Origin: a bacterium
GTDB lineage: Archaea > Thermoplasmatota > E2 > JACPAO01 > JAHFTW01
Assembly (NCBI GenBank): GCA_040390065.1
Contig: JAZJZE010000009.1
Span: 314,930-378,929, forward strand
Reading direction: 5' to 3'
Length of the DNA stretch: 64,000 nucleotides
Made by a program: the position numbers and the translations under genes. Of this stretch, positions 18,399-27,900 are shown piece by piece. The notes beneath the pieces were generated by a model, which searched no databases, was not told the origin of the DNA, and was given only the letters and a program-made list of their open reading frames with translations. Within the stretch, counting starts at the first letter, position 1; each line of letters starts with the position of its first letter.

Positions 18399-19094
18399 TC
18401 ACGGCCCGAGATGCGCAGCCACGAGCTTGCCGACGGCGCGTCGCAGCCGATAGCTTGCCGTCGACGGCGACACGCCACCCCGCTTGGCGACGTCACGCAC
18501 GTCGACACGGCCGGGGACCTGGAAGTAGCCCGCCTGCCAGGCATCGCGCACGGTCTCCTCCTCGCTTGGCGTGAGCGCCGCGACGTCGGCTTCGCGCGGC
18601 GCGCCCAAGTACAGCAGTTCGAAGCCGTGGCCTGCGGCGGCGCGTTCGGCCAAACGCAGGAACTCGGCCACGCGGCCACGGTTGCGCGCAAGGACGCGGA
18701 TGGTGAGCATGCCGGCCCGCGTCACATCCGTGACGACGGTGTCGCGCCCGAGAAGGCGGAAGGCCAGGGCGGTCTGCGAGGCCGCGGCGGCGCCCGTGGC
18801 CTTGTACTTGTACCACAGGATGAGGCGTCGTGCGCTTGCGCCGAAGATCTCCTTCTCGACGACGTGCGCCGGGCGGTACGATTCGAAGGCGGTGCGGGCG
18901 GCGGCGACCTCGGCCTGGGGCCCGTGCACGTTGAGGATGCGCCAGACGCGGCCATCGTCGTCCAGGTGGGCAACGCTCGTCTCGATCGAAAGGTGCCGGC
19001 CGACCGCGGACAGAAGCAATGGCAGCTGCGTCGGCCTGCCCGACCCCGCATGCAGGCGGTAGACGATCTCGCGGGCCTCGTTGCGCTGGGCCAC
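18399..19094 (-). CDS. HTH-10 (bacterio-opsin activator-type HTH) transcription regulator
   Basis: LTPSEEETVRDAWQAGYFQVPGRVDVRDVA...STASYRLRRA. Confidence 0.85.
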   Translation of the reverse strand: MAQRNEAREIVYRLHAGSGRPTQLPLLLSAVGRHLSIETSVAHLDDDGRVWRILNVHGPQAEVAAARTAFESYRPAHVVEKEIFGASARRLILWYKYKATGAAAASQTALAFRLLGRDTVVTDVTRAGMLTIRVLARNRGRVAEFLRLAERAAAGHGFELLYLGAPREADVAALTPSEEETVRDAWQAGYFQVPGRVDVRDVAKRGGVSPSTASYRLRRAVGKLVAAHLGP

Positions 19095-19198
19095 GTCGGC
19101 CTGGAGGGCGCGGGCACGCTTGGAGCCTCCGGTTGGGTTTGCACCTGTGCAAAGCAACCGATATACGGTGCCCCCCGGTGCGCGGCCCGAGGCACGTC

Positions 19199-19441
19199 AT
19201 GGTCACGGCACAAGTCACGGTCCATCTCAAACCCGGCATCTCCGACCCAGAAGGCAAGAACACCGAGAAGGCGCTGCACTTGCTGGGCTTTGCCGGCGTG
19301 ACGGGCGTGCACACGACGCGCATCTGGAGCATCGAACTCAAGACCACCTCGAAGGACAAGGCGAAGGAGGAGGCCGACCGCATGTGCCGGCGGCTTCTCA
19401 CGAACCCGGTCATCCACGACTACTCCATCAAGGTCCTGTAG
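19199..19441 (+). CDS. purS: FGAM synthase subunit PurS
   Basis: VHLKPGISDPEG, MCRRLLTNPVIHDY. Confidence 0.95.
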   Translation: MVTAQVTVHLKPGISDPEGKNTEKALHLLGFAGVTGVHTTRIWSIELKTTSKDKAKEEADRMCRRLLTNPVIHDYSIKVL

Positions 19442-19449
19442 GTGCGTCC

Positions 19450-22155
19450 GTGCACTCCGCTTCCAAGAGCCGCGAGCGCAACGCCAAGCACCAGAAACGC
19501 GCCCGCCGCGACCTCGGCGCCGGCGTCATGAAAGTCATCGCGAAGGGCCGCGACCGCGCAGGGGGGCTCGCTGGCGCGCGACCGGGCAAACCCGTCCGCT
19601 TGCCGAAGTCCAAGGCAGGCGCTGGACTGCGCGTGCCCGGGACCGTGCATGAGAGCCCGACCAATCCCGGATACGCCGACGGGCCTGCCCGCAAGCCGGA
19701 CGTCAACCCAGCCGAGCGCATCGTGAACCGGCTCATCCTCGAAGGCCAGACCTCGGCAAGCCCGGCCCTGTCCTGGGAGCGCCACGTGGTGCGGCGGCGC
19801 TCAGGCGTCAAGGAGTTCGACCTTGCGTCCATGGACGACGCCGCGCTCGCAGCGTGCAGCAAGGCCCTGGGCATCCGCCTCAGCGTGCAGGAGATGCGCG
19901 CTGCCCGCGACTACTTCGTGCGCAAGGGGCGCAAGGCCACCGACGTCGAGATGGAGGCACTCGGCCAGGCGTGGTCGGAGCACTGCTGCTACAAGTCGTC
20001 CAAGCCCGTCCTCAAGCGCCACGTCTACGGCATCGCCGAAGACAAGATCATCTGCCGCGAGGACGCGGGCGTGCTGCCCTTCGACGGCGACTGGTACTAT
20101 TCGCCCAAGTTGGAGTCGCACAACCACCCGTCCGCCATCGAGCCGTACGGCGGTGCCGCGACGGGCATCGGCGGCGTCATCCGCGACGTCGTGTGCATGG
20201 GCGCCCAGCCCGTCGCACTCATCGACCCCCTCTTCTTCGGGCCGCTCGACACCCCCATCGATTCCTTGCCCGCAGGCGTGAAGCATCCCCGCTTCCTGCT
20301 CTCCGGCGTCGTCTCCGGCATCCGCGATTACGGCAACCGCGTCGGCATCCCAACGGTGGCCGGCGGCATCACCTTCCATCCCGGCTACACGGGCAACTGC
20401 CTCGTCAACGTCGGGTGCGTGGGAATCCTGCACAAGTCGCAATTGACGCACAGCCGCGCTGGCGGACCCGGCGACGTCTTCGTGTATCTCGGCAACCCGA
20501 CCGGCCGCGACGGCATCCACGGTGTCGCATTCGCATCGGAGGAACTGTCGGAAGCGTCCGAGGAGGCCTCGCGCTCCGCGGTCCAAGTCGGCGACGCCAT
20601 CCTCAAGGAACCCCTCATCCACGTCACGCTCGAACTCATCGCCAAGGGCCTCGTCACGGGCTGCAAGGACTTCGGCGGCGGCGGCTTGTCGTGCGTTGCA
20701 GGCGAACTCGCCTACGATGCGGGCTTCGGCTGCGAGATCGACCTCGGCAAGGTCCCCACCAAACTTCCCAACATGGCGGCGTGGGAGATCTGGGTCTCCG
20801 AGTCGCAGGAACGCATGATGGTGACGGCCAAGCCCAAAAACGTCGCAGCCATCCTGCACGTGGCCAAGCTTTGGGACGTGCCGGCGGCCGTCGTCGGCAC
20901 CGTCATCCCTCAACCAGTCAACCGCGCCCTGCACAACGGCGAGGTCGTGCTCGAGTTCGACCTCGAATTCTCGACCGGCGGCCCCGTGTACGACCGACCC
21001 GTCAGCGCACGCACGATCGACCGCACCAAGTGGCGGCAGTTCACGGCGCCGACCGACTTCAACAAGGTCCTCCTGTGGATGATGGCACATCCCAACGTCA
21101 TGTCGAAGGAGTGGGTCATCCGCCAGTACGACCACGAAGTGCGCGCCAACACGGTGCTGAAGCCGCTGCAGGGCGTCCTTGGCCACGAGGGCCCCGGCGA
21201 TGCCGCGGTGCTGAAGCCCGTGCACGACTCCGACAAGGGGCTTGCCATCTCGTGCGACGTCAACCCGAATTACACGAGCCGCGACCCGTTCTGGGGCGCC
21301 GCCGCAGCCGTCGACGAGACGGTGCGCAACCTTGCCGCGGTCGGAGCACGCATCTCGTCGATGTGCGACAACCTCAACTTCGGCAACCCCGAGAAGCCGG
21401 AACGCATGTGGGAACTCGACGAATCGGCGCGCGGCCTTGGCATGATGGCGCGCGTCCTCGACGTGCCGTACTCCTCAGGCAACGTGAGCCTCTACAACGA
21501 AGGCCCGCAAGGCCCAATCCCGCCCACACCGACCGTGATGGGCATCGGCATCCTGGAGAACTTCGCCAAGGCCACCAGCATGGACCTGAAGCGCGCTGGC
21601 GACAAACTGTACCTCATCGGGCACACGTACCGCGACCTCGGCGGCAGCTTGTACATGGAGAAGTTGGGCCTCGAGGGCGAACGCGTCCCGCAGACGGACC
21701 CGGAGATCCTCAGGGTGTCCGCCGCCCTTCTCGTGGACGCCATCGAGGCCAGCCTCGTCGTCGCGGCGCACGACTGCTCCGAGGGCGGCATCGGCGTCGC
21801 CCTTGCCGAGATGGCATTCTCGGGCCGCCTCGGCGCCAACGTGGACCTCGCAAAGATCGGCGCCTTCGGCGACGAACGCGACCTGAATCCTGGCCCGATG
21901 CGCAGCGACCACAAACTGTGGAGCGAATCGAACTCGCGCTGGATCGTCGAGGTGCCCGCCGCGAAGGACAAGGCCTTCCGCGCACTCTTCGACAAGCCGA
22001 CGGTCGACAAGCTCCTGTACCCGTTGGGCACGGTCATCGGCCGCGACCGCGTCATCGTCACCGACGGCAAACACGAACTCCTCAGCGTCTCCGCCGAGAA
22101 GTGCCGCGAGGCCTGGCGGACCGCACTGCCCAAACTCATGGGGGTCGCAGCGTGA
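19450..22155 (+). CDS. purL: FGAM synthase subunit PurL (with probable long basic N-terminal extension)
   Basis: WSEHCCYKS, ESHNHPSAIEPYGGAATGIGG, SESQERM, DNLNFGNP, GNVSLYN, AHDCSEGG. Start uncertain; GTG 19450 follows AGGTG. Confidence 0.95.
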   Translation: MHSASKSRERNAKHQKRARRDLGAGVMKVIAKGRDRAGGLAGARPGKPVRLPKSKAGAGLRVPGTVHESPTNPGYADGPARKPDVNPAERIVNRLILEGQTSASPALSWERHVVRRRSGVKEFDLASMDDAALAACSKALGIRLSVQEMRAARDYFVRKGRKATDVEMEALGQAWSEHCCYKSSKPVLKRHVYGIAEDKIICREDAGVLPFDGDWYYSPKLESHNHPSAIEPYGGAATGIGGVIRDVVCMGAQPVALIDPLFFGPLDTPIDSLPAGVKHPRFLLSGVVSGIRDYGNRVGIPTVAGGITFHPGYTGNCLVNVGCVGILHKSQLTHSRAGGPGDVFVYLGNPTGRDGIHGVAFASEELSEASEEASRSAVQVGDAILKEPLIHVTLELIAKGLVTGCKDFGGGGLSCVAGELAYDAGFGCEIDLGKVPTKLPNMAAWEIWVSESQERMMVTAKPKNVAAILHVAKLWDVPAAVVGTVIPQPVNRALHNGEVVLEFDLEFSTGGPVYDRPVSARTIDRTKWRQFTAPTDFNKVLLWMMAHPNVMSKEWVIRQYDHEVRANTVLKPLQGVLGHEGPGDAAVLKPVHDSDKGLAISCDVNPNYTSRDPFWGAAAAVDETVRNLAAVGARISSMCDNLNFGNPEKPERMWELDESARGLGMMARVLDVPYSSGNVSLYNEGPQGPIPPTPTVMGIGILENFAKATSMDLKRAGDKLYLIGHTYRDLGGSLYMEKLGLEGERVPQTDPEILRVSAALLVDAIEASLVVAAHDCSEGGIGVALAEMAFSGRLGANVDLAKIGAFGDERDLNPGPMRSDHKLWSESNSRWIVEVPAAKDKAFRALFDKPTVDKLLYPLGTVIGRDRVIVTDGKHELLSVSAEKCREAWRTALPKLMGVAA

Positions 22156-22997
22156 GGAAATCCGACATCAAGTGGGCCGTCCTGCGCATCGAGGGCACCA
22201 ACTCCGAGGACGAGTCGGCGCAATGCATGCGCGACGTCGGCGTCGAGGCCGAGATCGTCCACCTCAAGCAACTGACGGGCGACGACGTCAGCCGGGACGA
22301 GCGCCGCAAGTTGACCGACTATGACGGCTTGTGGATCGCGGGAGGCTTCTCCGCAGGCGACTCGATCCGCGCTGGCGCCATCCTGGCGGCGCGCATGAAA
22401 TCCAAACTCGCACCCGACTTGAAGGAGTTCGTCAAGGCCTGCAAACCCATGCTGGGCATCTGCAACGGCTTCCAGATCATGGTGGAACTCGGCGTCCTGC
22501 CCGCGCTGGACGGCAAGGCGATGACGGACGTGCCGACGGCCGTGCTGCACCTGAACGACTCGGGCCACTACGAATGCCGGCCCAGCCTGCTGCGCCACGT
22601 CAACAAAGGGAACTGCAAGTTCACGGCACGCATCCCGCACAACCAGGTGCGAACCGTCATCACGAGCCACGCCGAAGGCAAGTTCCTGCTCGCCTCCGAG
22701 AAGGATTACAAGCGCCTTGCCGACCAGGACCAGATCGTCTTCACCTACACGGACCCAGAAGGCTCCAAGGCGCCGGCGTACCCGTGGCTCCCCAATGGCG
22801 CACCGCACGCCATCGCAGGCATCTGCAATCCCGACGGCACGGTCTTCGGCATGATGCCGCACCCGGAACGCGTCTTCTGGCGCCACGGTCACCCCGACTG
22901 GACGCGCACAGGGCTCGACGCAGGCCTCGGCTACGACGTCGGCGACGGCCGTGCGGTCTTCGAGAGCATCGTCGAGTACCAAGTCAAGAAGATGTAA
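22152..22997 (+). CDS. purQ: FGAM synthase glutaminase subunit PurQ
   Basis: GTN, GGFSAGD, GICNGFQ, HAEG, GMMPHPER; GTGA overlap with purL. Confidence 0.95.
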   Translation: MRKSDIKWAVLRIEGTNSEDESAQCMRDVGVEAEIVHLKQLTGDDVSRDERRKLTDYDGLWIAGGFSAGDSIRAGAILAARMKSKLAPDLKEFVKACKPMLGICNGFQIMVELGVLPALDGKAMTDVPTAVLHLNDSGHYECRPSLLRHVNKGNCKFTARIPHNQVRTVITSHAEGKFLLASEKDYKRLADQDQIVFTYTDPEGSKAPAYPWLPNGAPHAIAGICNPDGTVFGMMPHPERVFWRHGHPDWTRTGLDAGLGYDVGDGRAVFESIVEYQVKKM

Positions 22998-23070
22998 CGC
23001 ACCGCGGGCCCTGTAGGAACAGCCTTTTGAGTCTGCGTGGGAATGGCGCGTCGGTCGGGTCGAGCCAGGC

Positions 23071-25128
23071 ATGCACATCCAAGTCGTTTGCATCGCCATT
23101 GTGACTCTTGCCACGCTGGCGGGAGTGGTCCAGCCCGCCGCGGCGGCCGGGCCCTACACGCTCACCGTCATGACGGCGACGTTGCCGACGGCGCGGGCGT
23201 GCGCGATGGCGGGATGGGACGGCGTGCATGCCTATGTGTTCGGGGGCAGCAATAACGCGCAACAGGTGGTGCGCTACGATCCCGTCGCGGACGCAGTGGC
23301 CGTGATGGGGGGAACCGTGCCGAACGGTTGGTACTGTAGCGACCCTGTCTGGATGCCCGGCCGCTTCTACGTCTTCGGCGGCTACTCCCCCGCCAGCTCG
23401 GCCACGCGCATCGTGCGCTACAACCCGGGGACCGACACCGCGACCGTGCTGGGGGCCGTCTTGCCCTTCAACGCCGCCTACCCGACAGCCCAGGTGGTCG
23501 GGAACGTCGCCTACGTGGCGGGCGTGAACCAGATCGCCATGTTCGACGGAAACACCGAGAGCGCGACGCTCCTACCAGTGACCCTTCCCAACCCGACGAG
23601 CGACCCGACGTCCGTCTGGGACGGGACGTACATGGACATCTTCTCCTCGTGTTTCGCGCTTTGTCCCAGCGCAAACTTTTACGTGCAGCGCTTCGACCCA
23701 GTGGCAAACACAGTCACGTCCGTGACGCTGACGGCCCCGCCAGGCACGTCGCTCGTCGATGCAGCCGCCATCTACGACGGGACGGACGCCTACATCTTCG
23801 GCGGCGACCCGCTGAACGACAAGATCCTGAAATGGACGCCGGGAACGACGACGTTGACGGCGGTCGGCAACCTGCCCGCGCCGCGCGACGAGATCGGTCA
23901 CGTCTTCACCGGCTGCGACGCGTACCTTTTTGGTGGCGGCGACACGTCCCAGTCGGCACAGATCCTGCGCTGGGCTCCCGCCTCCTGCCAAGTCACGCCC
24001 ATCGCGAAGAAGGCCGCCTTCGGCGCCAGTCTCACCGAGAAGGGCTGCGACTCCGAGACGTTCACGTTCAAGGACGCAAGCACGCCGGTCGGCTCGTTCG
24101 TGAGTTGGTCCTGGGACTTCGGCGACAGTTCCAGCGGGACGGGCCAGACCGTCAGCCACACCTACACCGTGCCAGGATCCAAGACCGTCACCCTCACGGT
24201 CGTGGACACCGACGGACTCCCGCACACGACGAGCGACAGCGTCTTCGTGGCGTTCAACCCCTGCCCGCCGACCATCCAGCCGTTTGCCCCCATCACCGTC
24301 CTACAGGGCGACGCCATCCACGTCTGCGCCACGGGATCCGCCGGGAAGGGCGGCCTCTTGTCGTTCACCATCGACCACGTGCCGGGTTCCGCCACGTTCG
24401 TGGATGCCTGCTTCGACTGGACACCCCAACCACAGGACGTCGGCACGTACGCCTGCCAACGCGTGACGGTCCACGAAGCCGGCTCGACGGACACGGCGTC
24501 GACCTGCTTGTACGTCCGCGTGCGAGCGCCCCCGACGGAGCCCGAGAAGGACACCGACCTCGACGGCATCGCCGACTCCTCCGACAACTGTCCGTCGTGG
24601 CCCAACCATGAACAGGGGGACGCCGACCTCGACGGGGTCGGCGACGCCTGCGACGACGCGTGCGACGCCCCAGCAACGGCCTGCGGCGCGGCCGCAGACG
24701 ACCATGGTGCCCCTGGGTCGGCTGCCCATCCGCGCGACACGGACCTCGATGGCGTGGCGGACGTGTCCGACAACTGCCCAGAGATGCCGAACCGCGACCA
24801 GGCGGATGGCGACCGCGACCATCTCGGCGACGCCTGCGACACGGACCTCGATGGCGACGGCGTTGCGGACACCGCCGAATCTGGCGCATTCCTGGACAAC
24901 TGCCCCAGCAGGGCCAACGCGGACCAAGCGGACGCGAACCGCGACGGCGTGGGCGATGCTTGCCAAGTGCCGGGCGCAACGGCAGCAGGCTCCGGTGCCG
25001 GGGCCGCCGGACCCGTCGAGCGCGTCCGCTCCATCCTGGACGGGGCAGGCCCTTGGCTTCTTGCCGCCCTTGGCCTCGCTCTGGTCCTGGCGGCCGTGGT
25101 GGGCGCAGCTGGCTTGCGGCGACGGTAG
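23071..25128 (+). CDS. Surface protein: Kelch propeller + PKD + Ig-like + thrombospondin type-3 repeats + C-terminal TM
   Basis: Signal peptide; YVFGG...RYDP Kelch repeats; WSWDFGD...HTY PKD; DGVGDACD/DNCP TSP3; GPW-TM-LRRR. Confidence 0.88.
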   Translation: MHIQVVCIAIVTLATLAGVVQPAAAAGPYTLTVMTATLPTARACAMAGWDGVHAYVFGGSNNAQQVVRYDPVADAVAVMGGTVPNGWYCSDPVWMPGRFYVFGGYSPASSATRIVRYNPGTDTATVLGAVLPFNAAYPTAQVVGNVAYVAGVNQIAMFDGNTESATLLPVTLPNPTSDPTSVWDGTYMDIFSSCFALCPSANFYVQRFDPVANTVTSVTLTAPPGTSLVDAAAIYDGTDAYIFGGDPLNDKILKWTPGTTTLTAVGNLPAPRDEIGHVFTGCDAYLFGGGDTSQSAQILRWAPASCQVTPIAKKAAFGASLTEKGCDSETFTFKDASTPVGSFVSWSWDFGDSSSGTGQTVSHTYTVPGSKTVTLTVVDTDGLPHTTSDSVFVAFNPCPPTIQPFAPITVLQGDAIHVCATGSAGKGGLLSFTIDHVPGSATFVDACFDWTPQPQDVGTYACQRVTVHEAGSTDTASTCLYVRVRAPPTEPEKDTDLDGIADSSDNCPSWPNHEQGDADLDGVGDACDDACDAPATACGAAADDHGAPGSAAHPRDTDLDGVADVSDNCPEMPNRDQADGDRDHLGDACDTDLDGDGVADTAESGAFLDNCPSRANADQADANRDGVGDACQVPGATAAGSGAGAAGPVERVRSILDGAGPWLLAALGLALVLAAVVGAAGLRRR

Positions 25129-25208
25129 CCCGTTCGATCCGACATCGTGTGCACGAACAACCTTTTGTGCCGCCGCACGGCTTGTCCATCAAGCCAGGTC
25201 AGACACGA

Positions 25209-27263
25209 ATGCGAATCCACACCATTTGCGTCACCGTCGTCATCGCTGCGGGGCTTGCCGGCCTGGCGCCATCGAGTGACGCCGCCGGGCCCTACGCCCT
25301 CACAATCATGACGGCAACGATGCCGAACGCGCAGACGTGCGGCATGGCAACGTGGGCGGGGACGGCGGCCTACGCCTTCGGCGGCTCGGCAGCGCCGACA
25401 CGCATCGTGCGGTACGACCCCGTGAGCAACGTCGCCACGACCATGACTGCAACCACCGCAAGCGGCTGGCACTGCACGACGGCCGTCGGCGTCGGGGACC
25501 TCGCCTACACCTTCGGCGGCTCCAATCTCAACCCGGACGACCGCATCGTGCGCTACAACACGGTCACGGACACGGCAACCATCTTGCCCGCGGTGCTGCC
25601 TTTCCCCGCCCTGTACGGGACGGCCGTGCTGGCCAACGGCATGGTCTACGTCGCGGCCGGAACCCAGATTGCGCAGTTCGACCCGGCGACCGAGACCGCG
25701 ACCCTGCTGGCGACGACGCTGCCCACGTCCACCCTCGACCCAACCTCGGTTTGGGACGGGACGTACATGGACATCTTCAACTCCTGCTACTTCCCCTGCG
25801 CCGCGCCGGGCTACTTCGTCGAACGCTTCGACCCCGCCGCCGGCACGGTCACGACGGTCGCCTTGACGGGGCCAGCCATCGGTTCCCTCGTCGACTCGGC
25901 CTCGGTGTTCGATGGCACGGACGCGTACCTGTTTGGCGGCGATCCCCTCAGCGACATGATTCTCAAGTGGACGCCCGGCACGACGACCCTCACGCAGGTC
26001 GGAGCGCTCCCGGACAAGCGGGACGAGATGGGCATCGCTTGGGATGGCTGCGCCGCCTGGATCCTGGCCGGCGGCGACCAGACCGCGTCCAACCAAATCC
26101 TGCGCTGGGGCCCGCAAACGTGCCCGCCGCCGCCCAAGACGTACAAGGCGACCTTCGCCTCCAGCCTGGACGAGAAGGGCTGCGACTCGGAATCCTTCAT
26201 GTTCGCGGACGCAAGCACGCCCGGCGGCTCGTTCGTGAGCTGGTCCTGGAACTTCGGCGACGGCGGCACCGGCTCGGGGCAAACCGTCACGCACACCTAC
26301 ATGGTGCCGGGCTCGTACACGGTCATCCTCACGGCCGTCGACGACGTCGGCAATCCGCACCAGGCGACGGACAAGGTGTTCGTGGCGTTCAACTCCTGCC
26401 CGCCCGCCATTCGTCCCTTCACACCGATGACCGTGCTCCCCGGCGACACCATCCACGCCTGCGCCATGGGGACGGCGGGCCGCGGCGGGGCATTGAGCTT
26501 CAGCATCGACCGCCTGCCCGGGACCGCCACCTTCGCAGATCCCTGCTTCGACTGGGTGCCGGGGCCCCAGGAAGTCGGCAACTATGGGTGCATGCGCGTC
26601 ACCGTGGCCGAGACCGGGTCGACCGAGACGGCCTCGACATGCCTGTCCATCCGAGTGCGGGCCCCCGATTCGCTGCCCGAGCAGGATGCGGACCTGGACG
26701 GCATCGCCGATTCGTCCGACAACTGTCCGTCGTGGCCCAACCATGAGCAAGCCGACATCGACCAGGACGGCGTGGGCGACGCCTGCGACGAGTCCTGCGA
26801 CGCGTCGGCATCCGTCTGCGGCGTGGATACGGGCGATGCGGGCACGGGGCCAGGCAAGGCTGCTCTGCAGGACGCCGACCTCGACGGCGTCCCCGACGGG
26901 ACGGACGATTGCCCGGCCATGCCGAACCGCGACCAGGCCGACCGCGACCGCGACCACCTCGGCGACGCGTGCGACACGGACGCTGACGGCGACGGTGTTG
27001 CGCAACAGGCTGACGCCGGATCATTCCTCGACAACTGCCCGGCGAAGGCGAATGCCGACCAGAAGGACGCCAACGGCGACGGCGTGGGTGATGCCTGCCA
27101 GGCCAGTGACGCAGTGGCGCAAGGAAACGACCTGCCTGGTCCGGGCAAGGCGCCGAGGGCATGGTCCATCTGGGACGGCGCAGGCCCGTGGATGCTTGGC
27201 GCTCTCGCCGCAGCCCTGCTGGTCGGTGCGCTGCTCGTTGCAGCCGGACTGCGTCGCCGCTAG
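25209..27263 (+). CDS. Tandem paralogue: Kelch + PKD + TSP3 surface protein
   Basis: Same architecture, with long identical stretches (DPTSVWDGTYMDIF, DGIADSSDNCPSWPNHEQ). Start MRIHTIC. Confidence 0.88.
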   Translation: MRIHTICVTVVIAAGLAGLAPSSDAAGPYALTIMTATMPNAQTCGMATWAGTAAYAFGGSAAPTRIVRYDPVSNVATTMTATTASGWHCTTAVGVGDLAYTFGGSNLNPDDRIVRYNTVTDTATILPAVLPFPALYGTAVLANGMVYVAAGTQIAQFDPATETATLLATTLPTSTLDPTSVWDGTYMDIFNSCYFPCAAPGYFVERFDPAAGTVTTVALTGPAIGSLVDSASVFDGTDAYLFGGDPLSDMILKWTPGTTTLTQVGALPDKRDEMGIAWDGCAAWILAGGDQTASNQILRWGPQTCPPPPKTYKATFASSLDEKGCDSESFMFADASTPGGSFVSWSWNFGDGGTGSGQTVTHTYMVPGSYTVILTAVDDVGNPHQATDKVFVAFNSCPPAIRPFTPMTVLPGDTIHACAMGTAGRGGALSFSIDRLPGTATFADPCFDWVPGPQEVGNYGCMRVTVAETGSTETASTCLSIRVRAPDSLPEQDADLDGIADSSDNCPSWPNHEQADIDQDGVGDACDESCDASASVCGVDTGDAGTGPGKAALQDADLDGVPDGTDDCPAMPNRDQADRDRDHLGDACDTDADGDGVAQQADAGSFLDNCPAKANADQKDANGDGVGDACQASDAVAQGNDLPGPGKAPRAWSIWDGAGPWMLGALAAALLVGALLVAAGLRRR

Positions 27264-27313
27264 CGTCCCGATGCCTGCACAAGGCTTATCGGACCACCGA
27301 CCCACGACGCGAC

Positions 27314-27892
27314 ATGGATTTCCGCGGCTTTTCGGTCTTGCTCCTGGTTATGGCGTCGGTCGCTCCTGGCTGCCTGCAATCGGACACGATAGACGAGGGA
27401 TGCATGCGGCGGACACCCGCAGACGAACCGGGCCAGGACTGGTCGACCGAGACGATCGCCTGGTCGATCAGGGCCCAGGGCGCCTTCGTCGTTGCTGTTC
27501 CGCTGCATGGGGGGCCGCGGGCGACAACGCCCGGCGACTGGCTTGCCAACCTGACCATGCCCGCCGGTTGGAGCGCCTCCCTCGAGAACACCTCGTACGG
27601 CCAAGTCCTGGAAATCCACGGCATGGGGAACGGCCGCGTCACGTCCTGCTCGGTCCGGCCAGCAAGCGGCGGCAACGGCTGCTGTGCGGAGGCCTACATG
27701 GGCGCCTCATGGACGACGGACGAGGCGCGGGGCCAATCGTTCTGGGTCGATGCACCGCAGGGGGCGCCTGCCCTGGAAATGCACTACGTCGGAACCTCGC
27801 GGTGGGGGAAGTTGACGGCGGACGTGGCTCCGATGGAGCTGTCGCCGGGTTGGCAGGTCGTGGCATGGGTCCGAGGCGGGTACATCCAGTAG
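27314..27892 (+). CDS. Hypothetical lipoprotein
   Basis: MDFRGFSVLLLVMASVAPGC lipobox-like signal. Confidence 0.6.
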   Translation: MDFRGFSVLLLVMASVAPGCLQSDTIDEGCMRRTPADEPGQDWSTETIAWSIRAQGAFVVAVPLHGGPRATTPGDWLANLTMPAGWSASLENTSYGQVLEIHGMGNGRVTSCSVRPASGGNGCCAEAYMGASWTTDEARGQSFWVDAPQGAPALEMHYVGTSRWGKLTADVAPMELSPGWQVVAWVRGGYIQ

Positions 27893-27900
27893 GGCGTGGG

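Noticed and set aside
23071-27263. Diversity-generating retroelement TR/VR pair
   Set aside because: Both copies are full coding paralogues, differences are not adenine-restricted, and there is no reverse transcriptase.
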